Assembly (NCBI GenBank): GCA_963668645.2
Contig: CAXXWC010000022.1
Span: 81,816 to 145,815 of the forward strand
DNA length: 64,000 nt
Direction of reading: 5' to 3'
Source: Desulfobacterales bacterium
Lineage (GTDB): Bacteria > Desulfobacterota > Desulfobacteria > Desulfobacterales > UBA2174
Below, in pieces: positions 17,253-26,486 of the stretch. The notes beneath the pieces were generated by a model. The model had not been told where the DNA came from, made no database searches, and was given only the letters and a program-made list of their open reading frames with translations. The first letter of the stretch is position 1. Each line of letters opens with the position of its first letter. Both the position numbers and the translations under genes were made by a program.

Positions 17253-18152
17253 TCAAGCCTTGCCGGGCAGCGGCACGGCCAAGACCGGCACCGGGGCGTG
17301 GCGCAGGACCAGTTCGGTGGTGCGCCCCAGGATCGCCACATCGGCAAAGGGTCGCCGCCGCGCGCCGATGACCAGCAGGTCGGCGGATCGGCTCCCGGCC
17401 AGTGATACGATTTGCTCGGCGGCGCGGCCGGCGCGCACTTCGGCGCTCCATGTGCAGCCCTGGCCGATCGCAGCTGCCGCCACCTCCCGCAGCCTGGCGC
17501 CGGCCTGATCCAACGGGGTATCGTCTTCCACAACCTGCAACACCTTCAGCACCGCGCCGAAACGCCCGGCCAGGGCCGCGCCATAGTGCAGTGCCCCGAG
17601 AAAGGCGGGTTCCGGGATCAGGGGGCAGAGGATGGTGCCGATGGCCGGATCGGCAGCGGGGTTCTGGCCGTCTATGAATGCCTGGGCTCTGGGCCGTACG
17701 GTAAATACCGGTACATCGGACTGCCGCACCACCGCTTCGGCCGTCGACCCCATCATGATGCGTTTGAATCCGCCCAGACCATGGGTTCCCATCACCACCA
17801 GATCCACCTGCGCTTCCCGTCCCCAGCGCAGCACGGCGGCGGCCGGCTGTGCCGTCTCGACGGCGTAGTGGACCTGGAGCGGGGCCATCGCCGCTGCCAG
17901 GATGGCTTCGGTGTGGTGCTGCAGTTCCGCGGCCACGTGTCCCTTGGCCCGCTCGATTTCATCCGCCAATTGGGTTTTGGTGTCGCGGGTCAGATAGCGC
18001 GGAAGTTCGAATCGTTCGGCTTGCAGCACCGTCAGGCGAGCCTTGAACTGGCGTGCGGCCACCGCCGCATAGCGCAAGGCCATGTCGGATATGGCGCTCA
18101 GATCGACCGGACAAAGGACGTGCCCGATTTCCAACCGCTGCGGATGCTCCAT
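17253..18152 (-). CDS. Tandem-domain universal stress protein
   Basis: VLCPVDLS, DLVVMGTHGLGG..GSTAEAVVR, second domain GRTTELVLRHAPVPVL. Confidence 0.9.
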   Translation of the reverse strand: MEHPQRLEIGHVLCPVDLSAISDMALRYAAVAARQFKARLTVLQAERFELPRYLTRDTKTQLADEIERAKGHVAAELQHHTEAILAAAMAPLQVHYAVETAQPAAAVLRWGREAQVDLVVMGTHGLGGFKRIMMGSTAEAVVRQSDVPVFTVRPRAQAFIDGQNPAADPAIGTILCPLIPEPAFLGALHYGAALAGRFGAVLKVLQVVEDDTPLDQAGARLREVAAAAIGQGCTWSAEVRAGRAAEQIVSLAGSRSADLLVIGARRRPFADVAILGRTTELVLRHAPVPVLAVPLPGKA

Positions 18153-18214
18153 CGATTTTCCTTTCCTGTCGTACACGTTTCGGCCGCCGCAGGGCCGGGG
18201 CGTCACAACGGTTC

Positions 18215-19592
18215 TCAGTGCAGCTTGAGCCGCGGCCTGATGCGCCGGGTCAAAAAGTCCGCCGCCATGACCAGCAGGGTGCGCCTGGCGCCGTGCACCG
18301 TCCACTGGTGCGAGCGGTACAGCATCCGGTAGGCCAGATGGGCCAGCCATCCTTCGATGAAGAGGCTGCCACGGAGCTTGCCCATCAGGTTGCCCACGGA
18401 AAGTCGTGCCAGGGAAACCAGGGCCCCGTAGTCCCGATAGACAAAGTCCAGGGGCGGCCGGCCGTTGAGGCGGCGGATAACGCTGCGGGCCAGGACGGCG
18501 GCCTGCTGGTGGGCCGCCTGGGAGCGGGGCGGCACCGGCCGGTCGCTTCCCGGGCGGGGGCAGGCGGCACAGTCGCCGATGGCAAAGATGTTTGCGTCGC
18601 GGGTCGTGGCCAGATTCTGCCCGACCACGAGCTGGTGGATCCGGTTGGTCTCCAACCCATCCAGGTCGCCGAGAAATGGCGGCGCCTTGACTCCCGCGGC
18701 CCAGACCTTGAATTGGGCCGCCACCGTCTCTCCAGAAGCCAGGCCGACTCCATCGGCCGTGACTTCCCGGACTTTACAGGCACAGCGGATCTCGACCCCG
18801 ATCCGCTCCAGCTCGGCCGCGGCGGCCGTGGCCACACGCTGGGGCAGGGCCGGCAGAATCCGTGGCCCGGCTTCGATGAGCACGATCCGGATGGGACGCG
18901 CATCGGTCAGGTGGTCGAATCCGAGGCCTTTGAAGCGGCGGGCCACGTTGTTCAGCTCGGCGGCCAGCTCGACGCCGGTGGCCCCGGCCCCCACGATGGC
19001 TACGCAAAGCGGCTCGTCCGCCGCCCCCCCCGGTGCCGGCGGAGTACTGGCGCTGAAGGAATCGGTGGAGCAGCATCTCGTGAAAGCGGTCGGCCTGGCG
19101 CCGGTCGTCGAGGAAAACGCAGTGCTCGCGCACCCCGGCAATCCCGTAATCGTGGGTCTGGCCCCCCACGGCCATGACCAGCGTGTCGTAGGCCTCGGTA
19201 CCGGGGATCAGGCCGGCCAGGCGCACCTGCCGTGCGGCGCGGTCCAGGCCGGTCATGCGGCCGGGGCGGAAGGTGAAGCGGTTGCGCCGGGCCAGGTCCA
19301 GGTAGTCGAGGGCCTCGATCCCCGGGTCCAGGGTGCCGGCGGCGACCTCGTGCAGCAGCGGCTTCCACAGGTGGGTCAGACTCCGGTCGATCAAGATCAC
19401 CGCCGCGCGTCTGCGCCGGCCCAGGCTCCGCCCCAGGCGGGACGGCCAGCTCCAAACCGCCGGCGCCGCCGCCGACGATGACGATCCGGGTGCATTGCAG
19501 GTTCGGGCATTGCCAACACCTCCATGCCGGCGCGGGCGGCGGCCGGCGGACAGTTTCGTGCCGGGCCGCCACTGCGGGCGGATCTTTTTCAT
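18215..19592 (-). pseudogene. ndh: Type II NADH dehydrogenase with two frameshifts
   Basis: RIVIVGGGAGGLELA, HLWKPLLHEVAAGTLD and VAIVGAGATGVELAAEL...RPRLKLH lie in three different frames; shifts near 19440 and 19030; start uncertain. Confidence 0.8.
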
Positions 19593-19595
19593 ATC

Positions 19596-21191
19596 CTATT
19601 TGTGCGTGATATCCAATCGGGGATCGTAGATCGTCGTTTCCACCTCCATCAGACCCAGCATCGTGTGAAAGAGGTGGTCGTGGGAAAAAGGCAAATCCGC
19701 CTTTTGGCGCAGGGCATCCTTGTCGATCTTGAAACTGTCGCCGAACCAGAATACGGCGGCGATGTGTTTCTGGACTTCCGGCGCCACGGCATAGGGCAAC
19801 CCGTGAAGATAGATCCCGTATTCACCGAGGGATTCGCCGTGATCGCTGATGTAGATCAAGGCCGCCTCGAAACGGTCGGTGTTGTTTTTGAGCAGCGCGA
19901 TGGTCCGGGACAGAAAGTAATCGGTGTAAAGCAGGGCATTGTCATAGGCGTTGTCGATCTCTTCCCGGGAGCACTGCTCGATCTGGCTGGTGCGGCAGAC
20001 CGGGGTGAACTTTTCGAAGGCAGGCGGATAGCGCTTGTAGTAGGCCGGTCCGTGGTTGCCCATCTGGTGCAGGACGATGAGGATGTCGCCCCGGGCCTGG
20101 GCGTCGATGTAATCCTGAAGCCCCACCAGCATCCCTTCGTCGCGGCACTCCGCGTCGCAGACCGGGTTGAGCGCCGGATTGCGATAATCCTCGTACTGCA
20201 CCCGCAGCGCCGTGCCTTTGGAATCCGAATTGTTGTCGCGCCAGAGCACGTGGACCCCGGCGTGGGCCAGGACGTCCAGGAGGTTTTCGTTGGAGCGGCC
20301 CTTCTTATCGCTGAACCCGGCCCGGGGGAAGATGGAGAACATGCAAGGAACCGAATAGGCGGTGGAGGTGCCGCAGGCGGTCATGTGGGTGAACGAGACG
20401 ACGTCTTCTTGTTTCAGGAGCGGATTGGTCTCGCGCCGGTAGCCGTTGAGGGAAAAATGGTCGGCGCGGGCCGCTTCGCCGACGACCAGAATGATCAGCT
20501 CGCGGTCGATATCGGTCTCGGGAATGCGGGCATCCTCGCCGATGGGGTGCAGCGGTTCCTGGGGCTGGCGGAATGTGCGGCCGATATACTTGCCGGCCGA
20601 GTAGACACAGTAGGCCGGATTCGCATAGTAGCGCAGCGGTTTGTGCTCCCTGAAAAAAGACGTGTAGAACTTGCTGAAAATCAGGACGGCCGCCAGCACG
20701 ATGAGCAGGGTGAGGCCGATGTCGCGCAGCTTGATCAGGACCGCTTTTTTCCAGGGCACCGGCTCCAGCCTGACCCAAGATACGATTGCCGACGGCAGGA
20801 CCCCGAGAATCAAGAAATAGGCCAGTACCGTGGGGCTGATCAGGTCGGCGGCCTCGTTGAAGTTCGTCTCCAATATGTTCTGGATCATGGTGTGATCGAT
20901 GACCACGTTGTAGGTGTCCATGAAACATGCGGCCACCGATGAGAGGAGCAGGAACAGGATCAGGACCGGTTTGGTCGTGTATCGCCAGCTGAGCAGCGAG
21001 AACAGAATCAGGTGGGCGGCGGTGAGCCCCGTGGCCAGGGATGCCAGAAAGCCGATGTTTTTCAGCGTGGCCGGGTAGACTTCCAGGACATGCCGGAAAA
21101 AACTGACATTATAGAAAAGCGTGAAAAGCAGGGCGCTGAAAAAATGAACCGGGTTTGGGTCGTTCGCATGGCGTTCACCATCCTGCAACAT
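19596..21191 (-). CDS. eptA: Lipid A phosphoethanolamine transferase
   Basis: LVVGEAAR, CGTSTAYSVPCMFS, LHQMGNHGPAYYKRYP, SDHGESLGE; N-terminus possibly frameshifted. Confidence 0.9.
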   Translation of the reverse strand: MLQDGERHANDPNPVHFFSALLFTLFYNVSFFRHVLEVYPATLKNIGFLASLATGLTAAHLILFSLLSWRYTTKPVLILFLLLSSVAACFMDTYNVVIDHTMIQNILETNFNEAADLISPTVLAYFLILGVLPSAIVSWVRLEPVPWKKAVLIKLRDIGLTLLIVLAAVLIFSKFYTSFFREHKPLRYYANPAYCVYSAGKYIGRTFRQPQEPLHPIGEDARIPETDIDRELIILVVGEAARADHFSLNGYRRETNPLLKQEDVVSFTHMTACGTSTAYSVPCMFSIFPRAGFSDKKGRSNENLLDVLAHAGVHVLWRDNNSDSKGTALRVQYEDYRNPALNPVCDAECRDEGMLVGLQDYIDAQARGDILIVLHQMGNHGPAYYKRYPPAFEKFTPVCRTSQIEQCSREEIDNAYDNALLYTDYFLSRTIALLKNNTDRFEAALIYISDHGESLGEYGIYLHGLPYAVAPEVQKHIAAVFWFGDSFKIDKDALRQKADLPFSHDHLFHTMLGLMEVETTIYDPRLDITHK

Positions 21192-21269
21192 TTTTCAGGA
21201 GACGTCGGCAAGGACCTATTGACGGACGCGTCGATCACCGCAGAAACGCAGCCGGCAAGCAGGGCGGTT

Positions 21270-21698
21270 TCAGGCCCGGGGCGTGTCCGGATCGAGGCGT
21301 TTTCCCACGCTGATCACCGGATCCCGGCTGTAGCCGATCCGTTCGTAGAAGCGGACCACCCCGGCGTTGGTTTCGCGGATCTGGAGGTTGATCTTGGGAC
21401 ATCCGGCCTGTTTGAGCAGGGTCTCGGCCGCAGCCATGATCCGCCGGCCCAGTCCCCGGCCCTGCAAATCGGGGCGCACGGCCAGATAGTTGATCCAGCC
21501 CCGGTGGCCTTCGTACCCGGCCATGCAGGTGGCGACCGGTGCACCGTCCAGCTCGCCTACCAGAAACCATTCGGGGTTGACTTCCAGTTTGCGCTGGATG
21601 TCCCGCTCGGGATTGTTGTGCGGCACCACAAGCCCGCACTGGCCCCACAGATCGATGACCGCCTGGCGGTCGGCCTCCTGGAACGGGCGGATCTTCAT
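21270..21698 (-). CDS. GNAT acetyltransferase (YpeA-like)
   Basis: GYEGHRGWINYLAV, QGRGLG, CPKINLQIR. Confidence 0.9.
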   Translation of the reverse strand: MKIRPFQEADRQAVIDLWGQCGLVVPHNNPERDIQRKLEVNPEWFLVGELDGAPVATCMAGYEGHRGWINYLAVRPDLQGRGLGRRIMAAAETLLKQAGCPKINLQIRETNAGVVRFYERIGYSRDPVISVGKRLDPDTPRA

Positions 21699-22672
21699 TT
21701 GGGCCGCCTCGATTTTCGATGCCGGATGATGCCGGCTATCCCGTGCGGATTGCCGGGCAGCCCGGGTACGGGCACGCCGGTTTGCCGGTGGCCGTGCCCG
21801 GCGATGAGCATGCCGGCGGCACAGACCAGCAGGGTGCCCAGACCGCTCAGAAGAGAGAAGGTCTCGGACCAGAAGAGCCAGCCGAGAAGGGACGCAAAGA
21901 CGATGTTGGCGTATGAAAAAGGCCCCATGCGGCTCGCCGGCGCGAGGCTGTAGCCCTGGGTGAGCAGGATCTGGCCGATGACCGCCAGGACGGCGACGCC
22001 GCCCAGGATTCCCATGGCCTGCAGCGACGGGGCCTGCCAGTCCCAGGCCATGGGCAGGGCCGAGACCAGGGTGGAGAGCAGGGCGAAGTAAAAGACGATG
22101 CGCCCGGGCGGTTCGCTGTCCGACATGCGCCGGATGCTCACCATGGCCACGGCAATCAGGACGCCGGCGCCCATCCCCATCAGGGCCATGGGCCGGATCA
22201 CTCCCGGGCCGGGCCGCAGGATGAGCACCACCCCGGCAAAGCCGATCAGAACGGCCCAGCGCACGGCGGGGGGCACCGGTTCACCGATCCAGATGCGCGC
22301 CACCAAAGGGATGAAAAGGGGCGAGGTGTAGGCAAGGAGCACGGCCTCGGCCAGGGGCAGGCGCCCGATGGTGAAAAAGAAAAGATACATCGACCCGAGA
22401 CCGGCAAGGCTGCGCACCAGATGAAGGGAAAGCCGTCCGGTTTTGAGCGAGTTCAGCCCCGATCCCCGCAGCAAAAATGGGGTCATGATGACCAGGGCCA
22501 GAAAGTTGCGGAAAAAGACCACCACGGTGTTGGGCAGTTCGGCGGTGGCCACCTTGACCAGCGCACCCATCGCCGCCAAAAGCAGCGAGGCGCCCACCAC
22601 GTGCAGGGCCCCGGCCAGGATGCGGTCGTTGTCCTCCGATTCGGCGATGTCCGCCGCGTCTAGGGTATTCAT
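21695..22672 (-). CDS. DMT/EamA family transporter
   Basis: Two EamA repeats, VVFFRN; start uncertain. Confidence 0.85.
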   Translation of the reverse strand: MNTLDAADIAESEDNDRILAGALHVVGASLLLAAMGALVKVATAELPNTVVVFFRNFLALVIMTPFLLRGSGLNSLKTGRLSLHLVRSLAGLGSMYLFFFTIGRLPLAEAVLLAYTSPLFIPLVARIWIGEPVPPAVRWAVLIGFAGVVLILRPGPGVIRPMALMGMGAGVLIAVAMVSIRRMSDSEPPGRIVFYFALLSTLVSALPMAWDWQAPSLQAMGILGGVAVLAVIGQILLTQGYSLAPASRMGPFSYANIVFASLLGWLFWSETFSLLSGLGTLLVCAAGMLIAGHGHRQTGVPVPGLPGNPHGIAGIIRHRKSRRPK

Positions 22673-22813
22673 CTTGTATTGAGCGTCCATATCGAGCCCG
22701 TCATATCCCTGCAGTGAATAAACCTCAAGCGGTTGCGGCCCTGCGACCGAAACCGAAAGGTGACTTAATAACAACAGAAAAAACAATGGCAAGGGGTGAA
22801 AGCCGAGAAACGA

Positions 22814-24838
22814 TTAAATCGGCCCGTCCAGCGGCTCGAGCACCACGGCGCTGCGGGCCGGCAGGTAGAGGCGGATTCCGGCGCGGCCCGGGTCGGGCCG
22901 GCGGTAGACCTGTTCGGGGATAAGCCGGCCGTGGCCCCCGTAGCGCGGGGCGTCGGTGTCCAGGATCAGCCGGTAGGCGCCGCCCGGCGCGCGGATGGCG
23001 TAATCGGTGTGGGAACGGTCAGGATGGAAGTTGAAGACCAGGACCAGGCTGCGGCGGCAAAAGGCGATCACCTTGTCGTGCTGGTGTTCCAGCAGCAGGT
23101 GGGGCGCCGTACCGTCGATCAGGTTCCAGTCGGCCGCCAGGCGCAGCATGTCGCGGTCGAAGCGGCCGATCTGGTGGAAGCGCAGCATCGGATCGTCGGC
23201 CAAGGACCACTGGCGCCGGGCGTGGGCAAAGGACCAGCCGTTGCCTTGCCGGGGAAAATCGATCCAGTCCGGATGGCCGAACTCGTTGCCCATGAAGTTT
23301 AGATACCCGTGGCCGGCGGTGGCCAGGGTGATCAGGCGGATCATCTTGATCAGGGCCATGCCGCGGTCCACGGCCAGATGGCGCTCGTTGATCCCCATGT
23401 GGTGGTACATGGCCGCCCCGATGAGCCGGAAAATGAGCGTCTGATCGCCCACCAGGGCCTGGTCGTGGCTTTCGGCGTAGGCGATGGAGCGCTCTTCGGC
23501 CCGCCGGTTGGTCAGCTCGTGCCAGAGGGTGCCCATGGACCAGTCCTCATCGGGGGTGTCCTTGACCAGACGGATCCAGTAGTCGGGAACTCCCATGGCG
23601 AAGCGGTAGTCGAAGCCGATCCCCCCCTCGGCCTGCGGGGCCGCCAGGCCCGGCATCCCGCTGACGTCCTCGGCCACGGTGACGGCATCCGGTCTGACGG
23701 TGTGCACCAGCCGGTTGGCCAGGGCCAGGAAGCCGAGGGCCGCCTCGTCCACTTCGGGGCCGAAGTATTCCGCGTATCCATCGAAGGCGTGCTCCAGGCC
23801 GTGGTGGTGGTAGAGCATGCTGGTGACCCCGTCGAAGCGGAACCCGTCGACCCGGAATTCGTCCAGCCAGTAGCGGCAGTTGGAAAGCAGAAAGTGGAGC
23901 ACCTCGATGCGCCCGTAGTCGAAAAGAAACGACCCCCAGGCCGGGTGCCGGCCCCGGTCCCCGGGAGCCGTGTACTGGCGGCCGCTGCCGTCCAGGCGCC
24001 CGATCCCCTCTACCGTGTTGTCGACCATGTGGGAATGGACCAGATCGATGAGCACCCGCAGGCCGGCGGCGTGGGCCGCGTCGATGAGCAGCTTGAGATC
24101 GTCCGGGGTGCCGAACCGCGAGGCGGGGGCGAAGAAGCTCGATACCTGGTAGCCGAAGCTGGCGTAGTAGGGGTGTTCCTGCAAGGCCATGAGCTGGAGC
24201 GTGTTGTAGCCGGCGGCCCGCACCCGGGGCAGCACATCCCGGGCAAATTCGCGGTAGGTGCCGATTCTGCCCGCCTCCGGGGCCATGCCCACATGGGCTT
24301 CGTAGACCAGGGGCATGGCCGGCTGCGGGGGGCTGAGGCTGCGCCAGCGGTAGGGGGCGGGCGGATCCCAGACCTGGGCCGAGAAGATCAGGGTCGCCGG
24401 ATCCTGCACCACGCGCCGGGCCCAGGCCGGGATGCGCTCGGCGCCGCCTCCGGGCCATTCCACCCAGAGGCGGTAGAGGCTCTGGTGGCAAAGGGTCGCG
24501 GCGTCCAGGCCAAGTTCCCAATCCCCGCCCCGGTTGATCCGTTGCAGGGCGAAGCGCGGATCCGGGCGCCAGCCGCTGTGGTCCCCGATCAGGTAGACGG
24601 CCGTGGCTCCGGGGGCCCACTCGCGAAACACCCATCCTGCGGGCCGGCGGTGCAGGCCGTAATGGGTGTGGCCCGAGGCAAAGGCGGGCAGGTCCGCACT
24701 GTTGACGGTCAGGCGCTTTTCCAGGGCCTCAACGGCGGTCAAGCGTCTTTCGAGGACCGGGGCATAGGGGGCCAGGTAGGCATCGCTGGCCACCAGGTGC
24801 CGGACCCGCTGGCGGATCGTATCGTCCAAATAGGGCAT
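22814..24838 (-). CDS. glgB: 1,4-alpha-glucan branching enzyme (GH13_8-like)
   Basis: FREWAPGA, YEAHVGMA, EHPYYASFGYQV, DGFRFDGVTSMLY, YAESHDQALVGD. Confidence 0.92.
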   Translation of the reverse strand: MPYLDDTIRQRVRHLVASDAYLAPYAPVLERRLTAVEALEKRLTVNSADLPAFASGHTHYGLHRRPAGWVFREWAPGATAVYLIGDHSGWRPDPRFALQRINRGGDWELGLDAATLCHQSLYRLWVEWPGGGAERIPAWARRVVQDPATLIFSAQVWDPPAPYRWRSLSPPQPAMPLVYEAHVGMAPEAGRIGTYREFARDVLPRVRAAGYNTLQLMALQEHPYYASFGYQVSSFFAPASRFGTPDDLKLLIDAAHAAGLRVLIDLVHSHMVDNTVEGIGRLDGSGRQYTAPGDRGRHPAWGSFLFDYGRIEVLHFLLSNCRYWLDEFRVDGFRFDGVTSMLYHHHGLEHAFDGYAEYFGPEVDEAALGFLALANRLVHTVRPDAVTVAEDVSGMPGLAAPQAEGGIGFDYRFAMGVPDYWIRLVKDTPDEDWSMGTLWHELTNRRAEERSIAYAESHDQALVGDQTLIFRLIGAAMYHHMGINERHLAVDRGMALIKMIRLITLATAGHGYLNFMGNEFGHPDWIDFPRQGNGWSFAHARRQWSLADDPMLRFHQIGRFDRDMLRLAADWNLIDGTAPHLLLEHQHDKVIAFCRRSLVLVFNFHPDRSHTDYAIRAPGGAYRLILDTDAPRYGGHGRLIPEQVYRRPDPGRAGIRLYLPARSAVVLEPLDGPI

Positions 24839-24858
24839 GGTCGGCCTGCGCTGATCGG

Positions 24859-26376
24859 CTATTCGACGATCAACGGACGTTCGAGCATCTTTTCGTAAAG
24901 CTCGATGTAATGACGCGCCGTGACCGCGTGGGTGAAGGTCTGCCGGCTTTCGCGCATGATCCGCTGGATCTGGTCCCGGCGCAGGGTCTCGGGCAGGCGG
25001 TGGAATGCCATGGCCTGCTCCACGGCCCAGAACAGCCCCTGGCTGTCGAAATAGTCGAAGAGGAACCCGTTGCCCGTATCCTGGTCCGGGTTCAGATGCC
25101 GGATGGTGTCGTGGATCCCGCCGGTGTTGTGGGCCACGGGCAGGGTGCCGTAGATCGGAGCGATCATCTGGGGCAGGCCGCAGGGCTCGAAGCGCGAGGG
25201 CATGAGCATGAAATCGGCCGCCGCATAGCCCTGGCGTTCCAGAGTGCCGTTGAAATCGCAGACCGCCACCCGCCGCTGGAAATCGTGCCTGGCCACGATG
25301 TCGCGAAAGACCTGCTGGTAGGCGCCGTTGGCCACGAATACGATCTGCAGCGTTTCGTCCCAGAAGCTGGAGATCGTCCGGAAGAGGATATCCGAGAGGA
25401 GCTGGCATCCTTTCTGGATCGGATCGAGGCGGTGGGGCCAGAAAAAGAGGGGCGCGTTTTCGTCCACGATCAACCCCAGAGCCTGCTGCAGCAGTCGCTT
25501 GTTTTCGCGTTTGGCCGGGAGGCAGTCGTCAGGCCCGTAGCGCCGGGGCAGCACCGGATCGGTATCCGGCCGGAAGGATGGGTCCGGGGCGTTGAGAATC
25601 CCCGCGGCGCAGTCGGAGTGGTACTTGTTGGTCAGTTCGCGGCGCAGGTGGCCGTCGATGAAGTCATGGCGGCCCTCGGCGATTTCCATCAGAAAAGTGG
25701 GGCTGACGGTGTTGACGAAATGGGCGGCGAAGACCCCGGAGGTGAGCAGGTCCACCGGGAAGGCCTCGCGGGCCTGTTCGTATTCATCCGCGTATCGGCG
25801 GTAGTAGAGGTGCTGCCAGAAATAGGCCGCATCGATGCCCCGGTCCTCGATTTCGGCCAGGGTGCTGGTCACCGTGTGGACGTTGTGCAGGGTGAAAAGG
25901 CAGGGGATCCCGGCGCGGCGGGTCATGCCGGGGACCAGACCCGTCATCCAGTCGTTGCAGTGGATCAGGTCCGGCCGGACCCGGGGCAGGATGTTGTTGA
26001 TCACCTCGCGCTGGAAGGCCAGGGCGATCATGAGGTTGTCGCGGCTGTAGTTGGCGTAGACGTGCTCGACGTAGAAAAAGGCCCGGTCCTCGGCCAGATG
26101 GATCCGGTCGTCGGGCATCTTGGTCCGGATGTTTTCCAGCTCCCGGCCCGGATAGAGGCCGCTGGCCTCATGATTGAACATGCGCCGGTAGTCGGGAATG
26201 GCCACGTGCACGTCGGCGCCCTGCTCGAAAAGAGCGCTGATCAGGGCCGCCGACACGTCGGCCAACCCCCCGGCCTTGGCCTTGAGGTAGTTGGCCGCGT
26301 TGCCCATGCCGTCCGGCAGATAGGTCACCTCGGGGGTGACGATGAGAATCCGCGGATTTTTCTGTGGGCTGTGCAT
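24859..26376 (-). CDS. glgA: Glycogen synthase (GT5)
   Basis: KAGGLADV, IHCNDWMTG, MPSRFEPCGL. Confidence 0.9.
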   Translation of the reverse strand: MHSPQKNPRILIVTPEVTYLPDGMGNAANYLKAKAGGLADVSAALISALFEQGADVHVAIPDYRRMFNHEASGLYPGRELENIRTKMPDDRIHLAEDRAFFYVEHVYANYSRDNLMIALAFQREVINNILPRVRPDLIHCNDWMTGLVPGMTRRAGIPCLFTLHNVHTVTSTLAEIEDRGIDAAYFWQHLYYRRYADEYEQAREAFPVDLLTSGVFAAHFVNTVSPTFLMEIAEGRHDFIDGHLRRELTNKYHSDCAAGILNAPDPSFRPDTDPVLPRRYGPDDCLPAKRENKRLLQQALGLIVDENAPLFFWPHRLDPIQKGCQLLSDILFRTISSFWDETLQIVFVANGAYQQVFRDIVARHDFQRRVAVCDFNGTLERQGYAAADFMLMPSRFEPCGLPQMIAPIYGTLPVAHNTGGIHDTIRHLNPDQDTGNGFLFDYFDSQGLFWAVEQAMAFHRLPETLRRDQIQRIMRESRQTFTHAVTARHYIELYEKMLERPLIVE

Positions 26377-26486
26377 GGGCTGAAGGACCGTTGCAGGTCG
26401 AGGTTCACAGGTCTGGGCTGACGTCGGGGCAGCTTAGCGCATGCGGTTTCTATCTGCAATCGCGAAGCGAAAATCGCCACTATCCG

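Noticed and set aside
19596..21191. Mobile colistin resistance (mcr) gene
   Set aside because: EptA-family motifs only; it lies outside the array with no flanking IS or attC, and mcr identity cannot be judged without an alignment.
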